This document shows positions 30,704-40,400 of a stretch of 64,000 nucleotides of DNA, in pieces (the stretch's first letter is position 1; each line of letters starts with the position of its first letter). Source of the stretch: Bythopirellula sp. (GTDB lineage Bacteria > Planctomycetota > Planctomycetia > Pirellulales > Lacipirellulaceae). Position numbers and translations under genes: made by a program. The stretch covers positions 1,632,001 through 1,696,000 of the forward strand of contig OZ244170.1 of assembly GCA_965216565.1 (NCBI GenBank), read 5' to 3'. The notes under the pieces were generated by a model. That model searched no databases. It saw only the letters and a list, made by a program, of their open reading frames with translations, and was not told the DNA's origin.

Positions 30704-31000
30704 ATGCATCATAAAGACGACTATAAAGCAGGCGCAGATCCCAACTAGGACGCATGTGATCGATGCGGTGAAGAGTATTCGGTAGATAAGATTAAGCCCG
30801 TCTGGCGTCCAATACGCATCTTGGCATTTCCCGTAATCGTCGTCGTGACGCTTGCAAGGTTAAATCCCTTTGCAAAATGGGAATTTGTTGATCATTACTG
30901 CCCGAGTTGCCGAACCTGGTTAACCTTTTGCTACATAGTTGTAGCGATCTGGTCGAGCAGTTTTATCTACTTCTTGGTAACAGAAGAGTTCCGAAAGTGA
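30704..31000 (+). pseudogene. Small LITAF-like Zn-knuckle membrane protein interrupted by in-frame TAG (30746-30748)
   Basis: Manual translation: MHHKDDYKAGADPN*DACDRCGEEY...ILAFPVIVVVTLA...FVDHYCPSCRTWLTFCYIVVAIWSSSFIYFLV...*. Confidence 0.5.
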
Positions 31001-31090
31001 TCTTGGAACAAGGATCCTAGTTGAAACCTGCTTTTAAATTCAAAGCAACTTCTAGATACAAAACGAATCCAGGCGAGACATACATAACCA

Positions 31091-31136
31091 AGTGGTCAGG
31101 GCCGGGATCGAACCGGCGACACATGGATTTTCAGTC
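31091..31136. repeat. att site: 46-bp exact direct repeat of the tRNA-Phe 3' portion (other copy 32506-32551)
   Basis: AGTGGTCAGGGCCGGGATCGAACCGGCGACACATGGATTTTCAGTC occurs at both positions; flanking bases differ. Confidence 0.95.
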
Positions 31137-31334
31137 TTACCTAAGCGAAGCACTGAATCGTGTCACCGAGCTGCTCGAAAAGATCCTCAACAAAGAGGGC
31201 GGCCCCTAGGGAACCAATGGATAGGTAGCAAGGAAGCTGCTTCCGCACGACTATCGTGGACGGCAAGCGGCGAGACGAAGAAGCATTTCGGGCGTTTGCC
31301 TGGGAACTTGGTATGGCGGCTGATTTTGGGGCGG

Positions 31335-31865
31335 CTATTTCGGCTTGTAGATATTGAGAACAACCATATGCGCATGACAAACGAGCAAGAACTGGGATCT
31401 CGGATCAAACGCATTAAGAGGTGGTTCGTCTCCGAAGAGAAAATACCTATTCATCTTGGAGAGATATTCCCTTTCTATCGATTCATCAAGGGTAAAGGTC
31501 TTCCAATTGTGTGCGCAGTGGTTTCGAAGCTTTCGAATGCGGTGCAAGTCAGCAGCGGACTCTGCATTCACTTCACCCAAGCAATGAAGAAGGTGGATGC
31601 GAGCAGAAAAACTTGATAACGGACCTAGTCCTTCAAAGAGAGCCCTTGAGGACTTTTTACTTCCATGGCTTAGGAGCCTCTTGGCTCTTTCGAGAACCAA
31701 GTCATCGATATACGAACAAGCGCAGATTACGAGACTGCGATCCGCCTCATCATGGAGCGTTTTCAGGAAATCATTCACGACTTCCCTGGCTTGGAACTCA
31801 ATAACCCCAGGAGAAAGTACCGAATCTTCCCCAACTATAAGTCCAGTTATTCGGTGCCTCTTCAT
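31335..31865 (-). CDS. MtlR-like HEPN domain protein
   Basis: DRSLVICACSYID...LFEGLGPLSSFSARIHLLHCLG...IRKLRNHCAH (R-x4-H). Confidence 0.78.
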   Translation of the reverse strand: MKRHRITGLIVGEDSVLSPGVIEFQAREVVNDFLKTLHDEADRSLVICACSYIDDLVLERAKRLLSHGSKKSSRALFEGLGPLSSFSARIHLLHCLGEVNAESAADLHRIRKLRNHCAHNWKTFTLDESIEREYLSKMNRYFLFGDEPPLNAFDPRSQFLLVCHAHMVVLNIYKPK

Positions 31866-31959
31866 ATTTCACAACCACTCAAAAGATCATGGGAAACCAT
31901 ACTAATTTTGCCCCCCCGCGCCCGGTTGAGCAATACTGTACCTGCTTGGTCTCTGGACA

Positions 31960-32472
31960 AGTTGCGATTAACTGAATCGCTTAATCTAAGCTGGAACGAT
32001 GCCCCAGCGCATTGGTTGCCGAGTTCACTGGTCGTCGACCGATGCTGAGGATTCCAGCAGAAAGCTAGAAGGGCAATAAGCACCGATTATTGCCGGTGGC
32101 CCCGAATTTGCTGAATTGCTGCTGAGTGTTCCAGAGCGTCGTAGGTGTGGCCATGTGTTTCATATTCAAAACACCTGCACCAGAACAACACACAGTGTTT
32201 GCCGTCGCATCGTGGCCTGTGGCGCGTCTGCCGGCGTTGTGGTCAAGCAGCGCGAGAAAAAAGGCAAGACAACTCGAGAGTTCGCCAGTGCCCATGACCT
32301 GCGCCGTAGCTTCGGTTTCCGCTGGTCTCGGCTGGTAATGCCCACGATCCTGCGAGAGCTAATGCGTCACGAATCAATCGAAACGACGATGACTTTCTAC
32401 GTCGGATTGAACGCCGAGGCGACCGCCGATGAGCTATGGAAAGCAACAGGTACCAATTTTAGGTACCAGTAA
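31960..32472 (+). pseudogene. Tyrosine integrase, C-terminal catalytic fragment, disrupted
   Basis: LRLTESLNLSW (box I); frameshift; TGRRPMLRIPAES*KGNKHRLLPVAP (TAG 32066-68); second frameshift near 32100; then SAHDLRRSFG...LMRHESIETTMTFY (H-x-x-R, H, Y). Confidence 0.88.
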
Positions 32473-32507
32473 GAGCAGGGCGAGTGAGCAGACCCTAGAA
32501 AAAACAG

Positions 32508-32580
32508 TGGTCAGGGCCGGGATCGAACCGGCGACACATGGATTTTCAGTCCATTGCTCTACCAACTGAGCTACCTGACC
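32508..32580 (-). tRNA. tRNA-Phe (GAA)
   Basis: GGTCAGG TAGCTCAGTTGGTAGAGC AATGGA CTGAAAA TCCAT GTGTC GCCGG TTCGATC CCGGC CCTGACC A; cloverleaf with GAA anticodon; CCA not encoded. Confidence 0.97.
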
Positions 32581-32613
32581 AGTGGCCTCACAGAGGAGGC
32601 CGACAATCTGGCC

Positions 32614-32642
32614 ATCCTAGGCGTCGAAACTCCGACTGTCAA
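32614..32642 (-). promoter_or_regulatory. Sigma70-type promoter of tRNA-Phe
   Basis: TTGACA-N17-TAGGAT on the minus strand just upstream of the tRNA. Confidence 0.7.
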
Positions 32643-32781
32643 TTGTGATCGCGGGGGTCCCGTGCGGCTCACTGTTGAGTACCCAGAAGCCGCTCGTGTC
32701 CTGACGGTCTGATACCGTTTCGGCTCACCGGCAAGTGGGCTTATCCAGATCTCGGACGGGCCTAACCCGGGCGGCGAAAGG

Positions 32782-32811
32782 TTGACATCTATTAAATCCC
32801 CTGGCTAACAT
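32782..32811 (+). promoter_or_regulatory. Candidate sigma70 promoter of the ExbBD cluster
   Basis: TTGACA-N18-TAACAT upstream of 32987. Confidence 0.45.
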
Positions 32812-32986
32812 GCATAGCGTGGAAACGGCAAGTTCTAGCAGGTCGCGACGTCTCAAAGAGGCTGTGGAATTCGCGACTTTTTTCGTTTCCCGAACCTGCT
32901 AGATTCGTTGCAGGCGCAGAACACTTGGCACGCCTCCCTCTGGGCTTGCCTCCCGATAGAACGCGAGCAGACGAAGCGAGACTTTT

Positions 32987-34639
32987 ATGGCCAGCCCTCT
33001 CCCATGCGCGCCGCACCCTAGTTGCCGTGCGTGGGCTGGTAGGCGTCGGAGTTGCTGGGCGACTAAAGGACTCGGACCCTTTCTAGCTGCTGGAGCCCTC
33101 GCCATGGCTCTCGTGGTTCCTTCTCAGGCAGTCACTCCCGAGAGCCCCGAGGTTCGCGAACTCATTGGAAAAGGCCTGGGGTATCTGGAAAATAATTCAG
33201 ATACTCGCCTCGGTGGCCAATGCCTCACAGCACTGGCCTTCTTCAAGGATGGTGCTTCGCTGGATCATCCAAGAATTGTCGAAGCCGTAAAAGCGTGCCA
33301 AAAATCTTCTTCCAAACCTAGGGATGAAAATGTCTATAGCAATGGCCTGGCGATTATTTTTCTCTGTGAGTTAAACGACCCCAAGCATAAGGAAATGATT
33401 AGGTCGTTTGCTGGCGCTTTGTCAGCGCGTCAGAAAAAACATGGCGGATGGGGTTACGACAATCTGCAGACGGGGGATACCTCGCAAACTCAGTACGCCG
33501 TGCTGAGCTATTGGGAACTCATGCGTGTAGGCATCACTCCCAGCGTCTCTTCGGTCGACGCGGTGGCCAACTGGCTCCTACGAACTCAAGATCCTAGTGG
33601 GGTGTGGGGATATCAAGGCAAAGACCCTGGAAACTTCGATCGAGTAGAGCAGAGTGAAACATCATCTAGCATGCTTGTTGCCGGATTGGGAAGTGTAATG
33701 ATGGCCGGCAATGTCCTTGGCTTGCTAAGCACCTCACAACAGGAAATCGTTGAACAAGAAAACTTGCCGGAGGCACTCAGAAAGAAGCAAACTGCTAGAG
33801 AAAAGAAGATGCGCACTCTCTCGGGCAGTAAAGTTGATAAAACAAAGTTGCTGCAGGCCATTGATAGAGGCACGACCTGGTTCAATAAGAACTTTGAATA
33901 TGCAGAAGGGGAATACCCTTGCTACGAATTATATTCGCTAGAAAGATACAAGAGCTTTGAAGAACTGCTTACCGGCGATGCTCCTGAAGAACCCGACTGG
34001 TATCAGAAGGGTTATAGGTACCTTAAGTCCAAGATTGATAAAGATGGCAGTTGGAATGGCGCCGCAGGTAGAGCGCCTGCCACAGGATTTGCTGTGCTCT
34101 TCCTGCTGCGATCAACTCAGAAGAGCATCCAGGCCAGCCTGGGGGAAGGTACCTTGGTTGGGGGCCGCGGGTTAAGTGCCGACTTAAATCAGATGAAGAT
34201 GCGCAACGGCCGCTTGGTGGCCGAAGCCAAACCAACGGATGTAGACAAACTGCTCAATATGCTCGAAGGCGACGGGAGCGGCAATTTGGACGCCCTGCTG
34301 AAGAGCCCCGCTTCGCTGAAAATGGATAATGTGGGCCCTGAAGATGCACGTCGCCTACAATTGCTTGTGAAGAGTGGCGGACCGGAATCACGAATCCTGG
34401 CTGTCCGAGCACTGGGCCGAATGCGCGATCTCGATTACGTGCCGATCATGCTGTATGCCATGACCGATCCCGACCAACGTGTCGTGCGGGAAGCCCGCGA
34501 CGGCTTGCGACTGGTCAGCCGACGTTTCCAAGGATTCGGCCTGAAAGATAATTTCTCAGACACCGAACGTTTTGAAGTTCTTGATCGTTGGAAAAGGTGG
34601 TATCGACGTATTCGCCCCGATGCCCCGCCCATTCCATAG
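32987..34639 (+). CDS. Prenyltransferase/cyclase-repeat toroid + C-terminal HEAT-repeat protein, probably exported
   Basis: RQKKHGGWGY, TQDPSGVWGY, KIDKDGSW repeats; RILAVRALG...DPDQRVVREARDGL HEAT unit; signal-like segment ending PSQA. Start uncertain. Confidence 0.8.
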   Translation: MASPLPCAPHPSCRAWAGRRRSCWATKGLGPFLAAGALAMALVVPSQAVTPESPEVRELIGKGLGYLENNSDTRLGGQCLTALAFFKDGASLDHPRIVEAVKACQKSSSKPRDENVYSNGLAIIFLCELNDPKHKEMIRSFAGALSARQKKHGGWGYDNLQTGDTSQTQYAVLSYWELMRVGITPSVSSVDAVANWLLRTQDPSGVWGYQGKDPGNFDRVEQSETSSSMLVAGLGSVMMAGNVLGLLSTSQQEIVEQENLPEALRKKQTAREKKMRTLSGSKVDKTKLLQAIDRGTTWFNKNFEYAEGEYPCYELYSLERYKSFEELLTGDAPEEPDWYQKGYRYLKSKIDKDGSWNGAAGRAPATGFAVLFLLRSTQKSIQASLGEGTLVGGRGLSADLNQMKMRNGRLVAEAKPTDVDKLLNMLEGDGSGNLDALLKSPASLKMDNVGPEDARRLQLLVKSGGPESRILAVRALGRMRDLDYVPIMLYAMTDPDQRVVREARDGLRLVSRRFQGFGLKDNFSDTERFEVLDRWKRWYRRIRPDAPPIP

Positions 34640-34679
34640 TATAAACAAGAGTCCTAAGACCCAAACGCTGCTAAGCCGT

Positions 34680-35546
34680 ATGGCCTCCCATTCTACCAAC
34701 CTGTCGACTTCTGGATCCAATGCGGATTCGTATCGTCTGACGGTCAATTCTTACGACCGTACAGCGTCGATGATCATCGCGCTGCTGGTGATCATCGGTT
34801 GCGCGGTACTCGGGATGGCAGTGGTATTTTTCACGGGCAAATTTGTGCGCACTGTGGAGCCGATTCCCGTTGTGCCCGTCGAGGCTAGCAGCCCCAATGC
34901 CAATCAAGGCATCGCTCAAGAACCCGATCCCCCCGGCGTGGAAGATGCCCCGGAACTGGCTGAGCCGCAATTGCAAGAAACGCTGGAGACCATCGCCAGT
35001 GCGATGACGGACGACATGTTGTTATCCGACGAAATAAAAGATGCCGGCAAAGGCAAAGGGCAGGGCGATTCCCGCATGGCAGGTCCCGGCGGGGATGGCG
35101 TTGTGGAACGGGTGCCACGTTGGGAACGCTGGAAAATTCGCTTTGAACCACAGTCTTCAGGTGAGTTTGCTGAGTGGCTTGATTTCAACAAAATTGAGAT
35201 TGGCGTATTGGGTCGCGACAACAAAGTTCATTATGCGGGAGAACTGAGCACAGGGTCTCCAAAGACTTACGAAGCTGATCCTAAGAAGGAAACGCGCGGC
35301 TACACGTCGGCGGCCGATGGCCCGATGCCCAAGTTGACTAATAATCTGGCGCGTAAGGCTAATATCGCCAAGCATGGCAATTTGGTTTTATTGTTTTATC
35401 CCTTTGATGTTGAGAGCATCATGTGGGACTTAGAACGCAAGTATTCCGGCGGACGCGATGCCAACGACTTTCGCGAAACGGTCTTTGCCGTGGTACGAGA
35501 AGGCGACAGTTTCAAATTTGAAGTCATCGATCAAAGATATTTTTAA
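34680..35546 (+). CDS. Single-TM protein with Pro/acidic linker (TonB/TolA-like architecture)
   Basis: One N-terminal TM, VEPIPVVPVE...EPDPPGVEDAPELAEP linker, globular C-terminus; directly upstream of exbB-like gene. ATG 34680 preferred over the overlapping 34572 start. Confidence 0.6.
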   Translation: MASHSTNLSTSGSNADSYRLTVNSYDRTASMIIALLVIIGCAVLGMAVVFFTGKFVRTVEPIPVVPVEASSPNANQGIAQEPDPPGVEDAPELAEPQLQETLETIASAMTDDMLLSDEIKDAGKGKGQGDSRMAGPGGDGVVERVPRWERWKIRFEPQSSGEFAEWLDFNKIEIGVLGRDNKVHYAGELSTGSPKTYEADPKKETRGYTSAADGPMPKLTNNLARKANIAKHGNLVLLFYPFDVESIMWDLERKYSGGRDANDFRETVFAVVREGDSFKFEVIDQRYF

Positions 35547-35576
35547 TCCCCCCTCCTTAGAAATCAGAAGAACGCT

Positions 35577-36206
35577 ATGCAAGTTCTGTTTACGTATTTA
35601 GGCAACTTTGTTTACGTGGTCCTCGCCGCCCTGGCTTTGTGGGGCGCTTACTGTGTGGTGATGGTGTGGCGACGCGTTGGTTCCACACGGTTCGCTGACG
35701 AGATTGAACAAGATGAATTCATGGAAGAGCTCGAACAGTCGATCCAAGCGAATAATCTCCAGGCCGCCGCCGAACTGTGCGAAGACGATCGCCGCGCACT
35801 GCCACAGCTCGCACTGTTTGCCCTGAACCATCGCGATTTGGGCTACGAAAAGCTTCGCCACCGGTTGGCGGAGCGATTTCAGCAGGATGTGATGTCCGAC
35901 ATCGAACATCGGCTTAGCTGGGTGGGAACTGTGATCAAGAGTGCCCCGATGATCGGGCTCTTAGGCACGGTGATGGGCATGATGGGAGCGTTTGCGAACC
36001 TGAGTAGTGGTGAGAAGGTCGATACCATCCAGATGGCCGCAGACATTCAATTCGCCCTCATCACCACCGCCTGTGGATTGGCCATCGCAGTGCCGTTGGT
36101 TTTGGCGACGGCTAGCATCAATATTCGCGTCCGAAAAATGGAAGACCTCGTCGGCTGGGGACTCACGCGGCTGTTTGAAAGCATGAAACACGTCATCGGC
36201 AAATAA
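35577..36206 (+). CDS. MotA/TolQ/ExbB proton channel family protein
   Basis: APMIGLLGTVMGM and IQFALITTACGLAIAVP. Confidence 0.93.
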   Translation: MQVLFTYLGNFVYVVLAALALWGAYCVVMVWRRVGSTRFADEIEQDEFMEELEQSIQANNLQAAAELCEDDRRALPQLALFALNHRDLGYEKLRHRLAERFQQDVMSDIEHRLSWVGTVIKSAPMIGLLGTVMGMMGAFANLSSGEKVDTIQMAADIQFALITTACGLAIAVPLVLATASINIRVRKMEDLVGWGLTRLFESMKHVIGK

Positions 36207-36223
36207 GACACTTGATTATTATA

Positions 36224-36420
36224 GCCACAGAGAACACAGAGAAGAATGAAAGCTGGGGCGAAGATCACCCAAAAGGAAGATCACCCAAAAGAATGATTAG
36301 TACGCTTTTAGAATTAGATGTAACGCAGTGAAATAGCGCCGCAGTCCTCACCTCGGTGCGGTTACGCGTTGCTTCATCGCACCCCACCAATCACTCAATT
36401 CTCTCTGTGAACTCTGTGGC
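36224..36420. repeat. MITE-like intergenic element with imperfect terminal inverted repeats
   Basis: GCCACAGAGAACACAGAGAAGAAT (36224-47) vs ATTCTCTCTGTGAACTCTGTGGC (36398-420); internal 16-bp tandem (36260-91) and REP-like hairpin GGTGCG/CGCACC (36355-83). Confidence 0.7.
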
Positions 36421-36450
36421 CAAATAATTCAGCGATAACTTGAAGAACTG

Positions 36451-36942
36451 ATGTCAGCAGAACACGAACAAGACAAAGATGAAATGCTCGCAGCGCTCGC
36501 GGCTCCCATGCCGCGCAAGCAGCTCGAGGATGTGGAAATGGACATTACGCCCATGATCGACATCACATTTCTGCTGCTGATCTTCTTCTTAGTCTGTTCC
36601 ACCCCGGATCAAGATACGGCGATCGAAATGGCCAAGGCCCGCTATGGTCGAGGCGTTGGCGAGCGAAATTCCGTAATCATCACCATCAGCGACGAGGGCA
36701 TCGAGTCGGCGCCCATCTATCTGGCTGACGGTATGGTAGGCGAACCGCTGCCTAATGACCCCGAGATCCAGAATGAGAAGATCGTCGAAGCGGTGAAAAC
36801 CGGCCGACGCGATCTCGCCAAAGAAAATGTTTTGATCAAAGCAGACCGCAACGTGGCCCATCGCGAAGTCTCGAAAGTGATCAAGGCGGTGTCGCGGGTA
36901 GAAGGTGCCAAGATTTTTCTGGCCGTGCTGGAGAGCGATTGA
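36451..36942 (+). CDS. ExbD/TolR family protein (1)
   Basis: DITPMIDITFLLLIFF with conserved Asp; VLIKADRNV. Confidence 0.92.
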   Translation: MSAEHEQDKDEMLAALAAPMPRKQLEDVEMDITPMIDITFLLLIFFLVCSTPDQDTAIEMAKARYGRGVGERNSVIITISDEGIESAPIYLADGMVGEPLPNDPEIQNEKIVEAVKTGRRDLAKENVLIKADRNVAHREVSKVIKAVSRVEGAKIFLAVLESD

Positions 36943-36945
36943 CCC

Positions 36946-37434
36946 ATGAGCCACTTACAACAAAGTCTTGGCGATGATGAAGCACTCCAACTGCGGAGCG
37001 AGGCCAACGAAGACGAAATGGACTTGACCCCGATGGTCGATGTCACATTCTTGCTCTTGATATTTTTTATGATCACTGCGGCTTTTGCTGTGCAGAAAGC
37101 CTTGGAGGTGCCGCCGATCAATGACGAAGCCGCCAGCCAGCCGGTCGATTCCTTGGAAGACGATTCGATCGTGGTACGAATCGATGCCGACAACGTGTTC
37201 TGGATCGGTGCTCCCAAATGGAACGAAGAGCAACGCACTCCCAGTGTCCCAGAAATGCTGGCGAAGGTGCGCGAAGCTAGAGGCTCGGGCAGCGACGGTC
37301 CCACGAAAATGCTGGTGCAGGCCAATGGCGACTCGCGGCACGAATTTGTGGTCGCAGCGCTCGACGCCGGGTCTGGAGTTGGTTTGGAAGAAATAAAACT
37401 CATGAGCTACGAAGAGGGCGATTTAGATTTCTAG
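36946..37434 (+). CDS. ExbD/TolR family protein (2)
   Basis: DLTPMVDVTFLLLIFFMI with conserved Asp; VVAALDA. Confidence 0.92.
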   Translation: MSHLQQSLGDDEALQLRSEANEDEMDLTPMVDVTFLLLIFFMITAAFAVQKALEVPPINDEAASQPVDSLEDDSIVVRIDADNVFWIGAPKWNEEQRTPSVPEMLAKVREARGSGSDGPTKMLVQANGDSRHEFVVAALDAGSGVGLEEIKLMSYEEGDLDF

Positions 37435-37475
37435 GCTGATCGCAGCCGAGATTTCGATCGGATATATTACCGTCT

Positions 37476-40400
37476 ATGAAGATTCAAGAATTCATTGATC
37501 TACTTGAGAAACGACAGCTTGTCTCGTCGCGGATCATCAAGCAAGTGCGCGAAAAAGTGGCTAAGGGGGATCGAAAGATCACTTCCAAGTCGCTTCTTAA
37601 ATACTTGGTCAAGAAAGAATTAATTACTCGCACTCAGGCCAAGTCCCTGCTGGAGACGTCTCTCACAGTCACCGCTGCTGCCGAGTCCAGTATCTTAGGA
37701 ATGCAGGTACTAACTCCTGAAAAGCAGCTCAAGAAGCCGAAGCCTAAAGAGGAGCCCAAAGAAGACTCCGAGGAAATCCCCACTCTTCAGCCGGTGGATG
37801 CCGTGCCTCCCACCACCGAGCCTCCCACGATTGAGGAGAGCGTCGAAGAAATGGCCTCGCTGAGCGGCATGACGCAGACCACGCTTGTCGAAGAGACCCT
37901 CGACGAGGAAGACGAACCTGACGGACCAGGAAGAAAAAAGAAAAAGAAGTCGCGCAAGAAGAAAGGTAATGAATTCGATACACCACTGCTGCTGTTTGGC
38001 GGTGGTGGATTGATTGTGCTGATTCTTGCCGGGGTCATCATCGGCTATTTGCTTAGCCGCGAGGATGCCGATGCGATTCTCGCCGAAGCCAGCGAATATT
38101 ACGACGGCGGTTCGTGGACGCAGGCGATTAGCCAATACGAACGTTTCCTAGAAGGCAACAAAACCCACCCCGACTACAGTAGGGCCAAAGTAAAACTGGG
38201 TTTGGCGAAAATCTGGAAGGCTACCGCTCAAGGCGGCAATTTCTCGTCAGCGCTTGACACCACCCAGGAAGTCCTGGACTCGATCGAAGACGAAAAAGAA
38301 TTTGAAATCGCCAAGCGCGATCTCTCGTCGCTGCTTCCTTCTATTGCTAAAGGTCTCGCCGAAGATGCAGAAGGGGCTGAGGCAGGCGAACAGGTCGAGC
38401 AGTATGTGGCCGAGTCGAAGGAGGCCTTGTCCCTTTGCAACAACACTAAGTTCATTCCTTCTACCTATCGCGACGACATCGTTATTAACGGAATTTTAGA
38501 GACGCTCGATCGTGTGGAACGCGAGCAGGAACAGCGGAGCCAATTGAAAGGGGCCCTAGAGAAAATTCAGGCCGCCATCGATTCTGGCGACACCCCCGAA
38601 GCCTACGCAGTTCACAAACAGTTGCTCAAAGATTATCCCGGTCTGCTGAACAACGAAACGCTAGCCGCCAAAGTTGAGGAGATATCTGCCGCGGAACAAG
38701 CGGGGGTCAAGTTTAGCGAGGATTCGAAGGAAGCCGAGACAAGCGAGCTCCCCAGTCCGTTTGTTGCCGAGTTGGCTCTGGCCGTCCGAAGTGGCAAGGA
38801 ATCGGGAACGGAAGGCGTGGTGGGAGTTCGTGTTGATGGGTCGATGTACGCCTTGAACGCAAACAATGGCCAACTTTTATGGCGGAAGTACCTGGGGCAG
38901 TCGGCTGGCTCGCAGATTGTCACCCTCCCTGAAGGTGATTTCTTAGCCATTGATTTTACCCGCAATGAGTTAGTGCGATTCGATGCTAGTACGGGGAAGC
39001 TCATCTGGCGTCAGCAGTTCGAAGGACCAATTGCCTCACCGGTCGTGGTGGAGAGTCAATTGCTTGTGACCGAGAAGTCGGGCAAGTTGCACCTAGTGGA
39101 TGCCGCCACTGGCCGACGGACCGGCTTTTTCTCTTTTGGTCAAACTCTGCCCGTACCACCAGCTGTGAACGAGCGCAAAGGCAAAGTCTACTTGCTTGGC
39201 GAGCATTCCAGCTTGTACACACTCAGCTTGGAAGATATGAAATGTCTCGGCGTGTTCTTCGTCGGTCACGAACGCGGTAGTATCGCCACCTCTCCAGTTG
39301 TCGTGCTCGACAAAGTGGCAGTCGCTGAAAATTCTGGGCGCGCGACAAGCAAACTACATTTACTGGCCCCAGGAGACGGTGGGGCAATAGCAGCCAACGA
39401 TACGACCCGCCGTCTTGAAGGCCTGGTTACAACGCCGCTGCTCGTGGATGGCCGCAGATTAGTTGCGCTCACCTCACGCGGAGAAGTCACGGTTTACGAA
39501 GTGAGTGCCTCGCAAGGCAAAGAAGCGCTCACGAAGATTGCTACCCGCGAAGCAGAGTCTGGAAAACAGGTTGCCCGTTTTGGCTTGCTTGCCGCGGGTC
39601 ATGTTTGGTCGGCAGGTACTCAGCTCAATAAGCTCGCCGTACTACCAACGGGAAATCGCTTGCCTGTGGAAGATATCGATTTCGACTATGTGGGCGATAC
39701 GTTCGATTACCAACTGCAAGCGGTTGGCGACATTGTCGTTCACTTGCGTCATCCCCAAAAACATGCTGGTTCGATCGTAGCAGCCATGAATGCCGAGTCA
39801 GGCAAGGCCCTCTGGCAAACCGAGTTGGGAGTGCCGCTCGCAGGTCCGCCGGCAGTTGACTCGAAAGGACCTCGCATCGGAGCCATCACCTCATCAGGTG
39901 CAGCCTACCTGCTCGATCGGCAAGCTATGGTCGATCGAGTTCAGGACACCGCACAAAAACTGAGGGGCCGGTCTAAGCTGCCCACGCTCACGAGTGCTGC
40001 TGACCTGGGAGGAGGCCGCATGGCGTTGGGTTCCCCGGGCACGAAGACTCTAGTTCACTTCCGACCCGAAGCGCCGCGTGGGCCCTTGACCAAGATCGAG
40101 CTTCCCGAACCGTTGGCATGTCCTGTGGTTGCCTGGGACGACACTTTCGTTGCCCCGACGACAGTTGGCCAGGTGTACTTGTACGAGGCGGATACTGGCA
40201 ATCAATGGGGAAGTCCCTTCCAGCCAAAATTGTCCGTCGAAAGCAAGTACGAATGGCTTCAACCCGCCGTATACGGGTCGGGCGCAGAATCGAGCCTGGT
40301 GATTTCAGACGGCAAAGAGAATATCTTCCTACTCCGGAGGGCAACGTCCCCGCAGGCGAATTTAGAGAAGCAAACGGAGGGCCCCGTAAGCGGTTCTCCT

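Larger units (their letters stand above)
31091..32551. mobile_element. Decayed tRNA-Phe-integrated mini-island
   Basis: Bounded by the 46-bp att repeats; contains an integrase pseudogene next to the tRNA and one intact AT-richer cargo gene. Confidence 0.85.

Noticed and set aside
31091..31136. Second tRNA-Phe gene
   Set aside because: Only the 3' portion is present; the D-arm and 5' acceptor strand are missing, so it is an att site.
31021..31616. ORFs 31021..31209 and 31092..31616
   Set aside because: They read through the att repeat or lie antisense to the HEPN gene and show no motifs; at most fragments of decayed island genes.
36260..36291. CRISPR-like repeat
   Set aside because: Two adjacent 16-bp copies with no spacer; no array or cas genes anywhere in the window.
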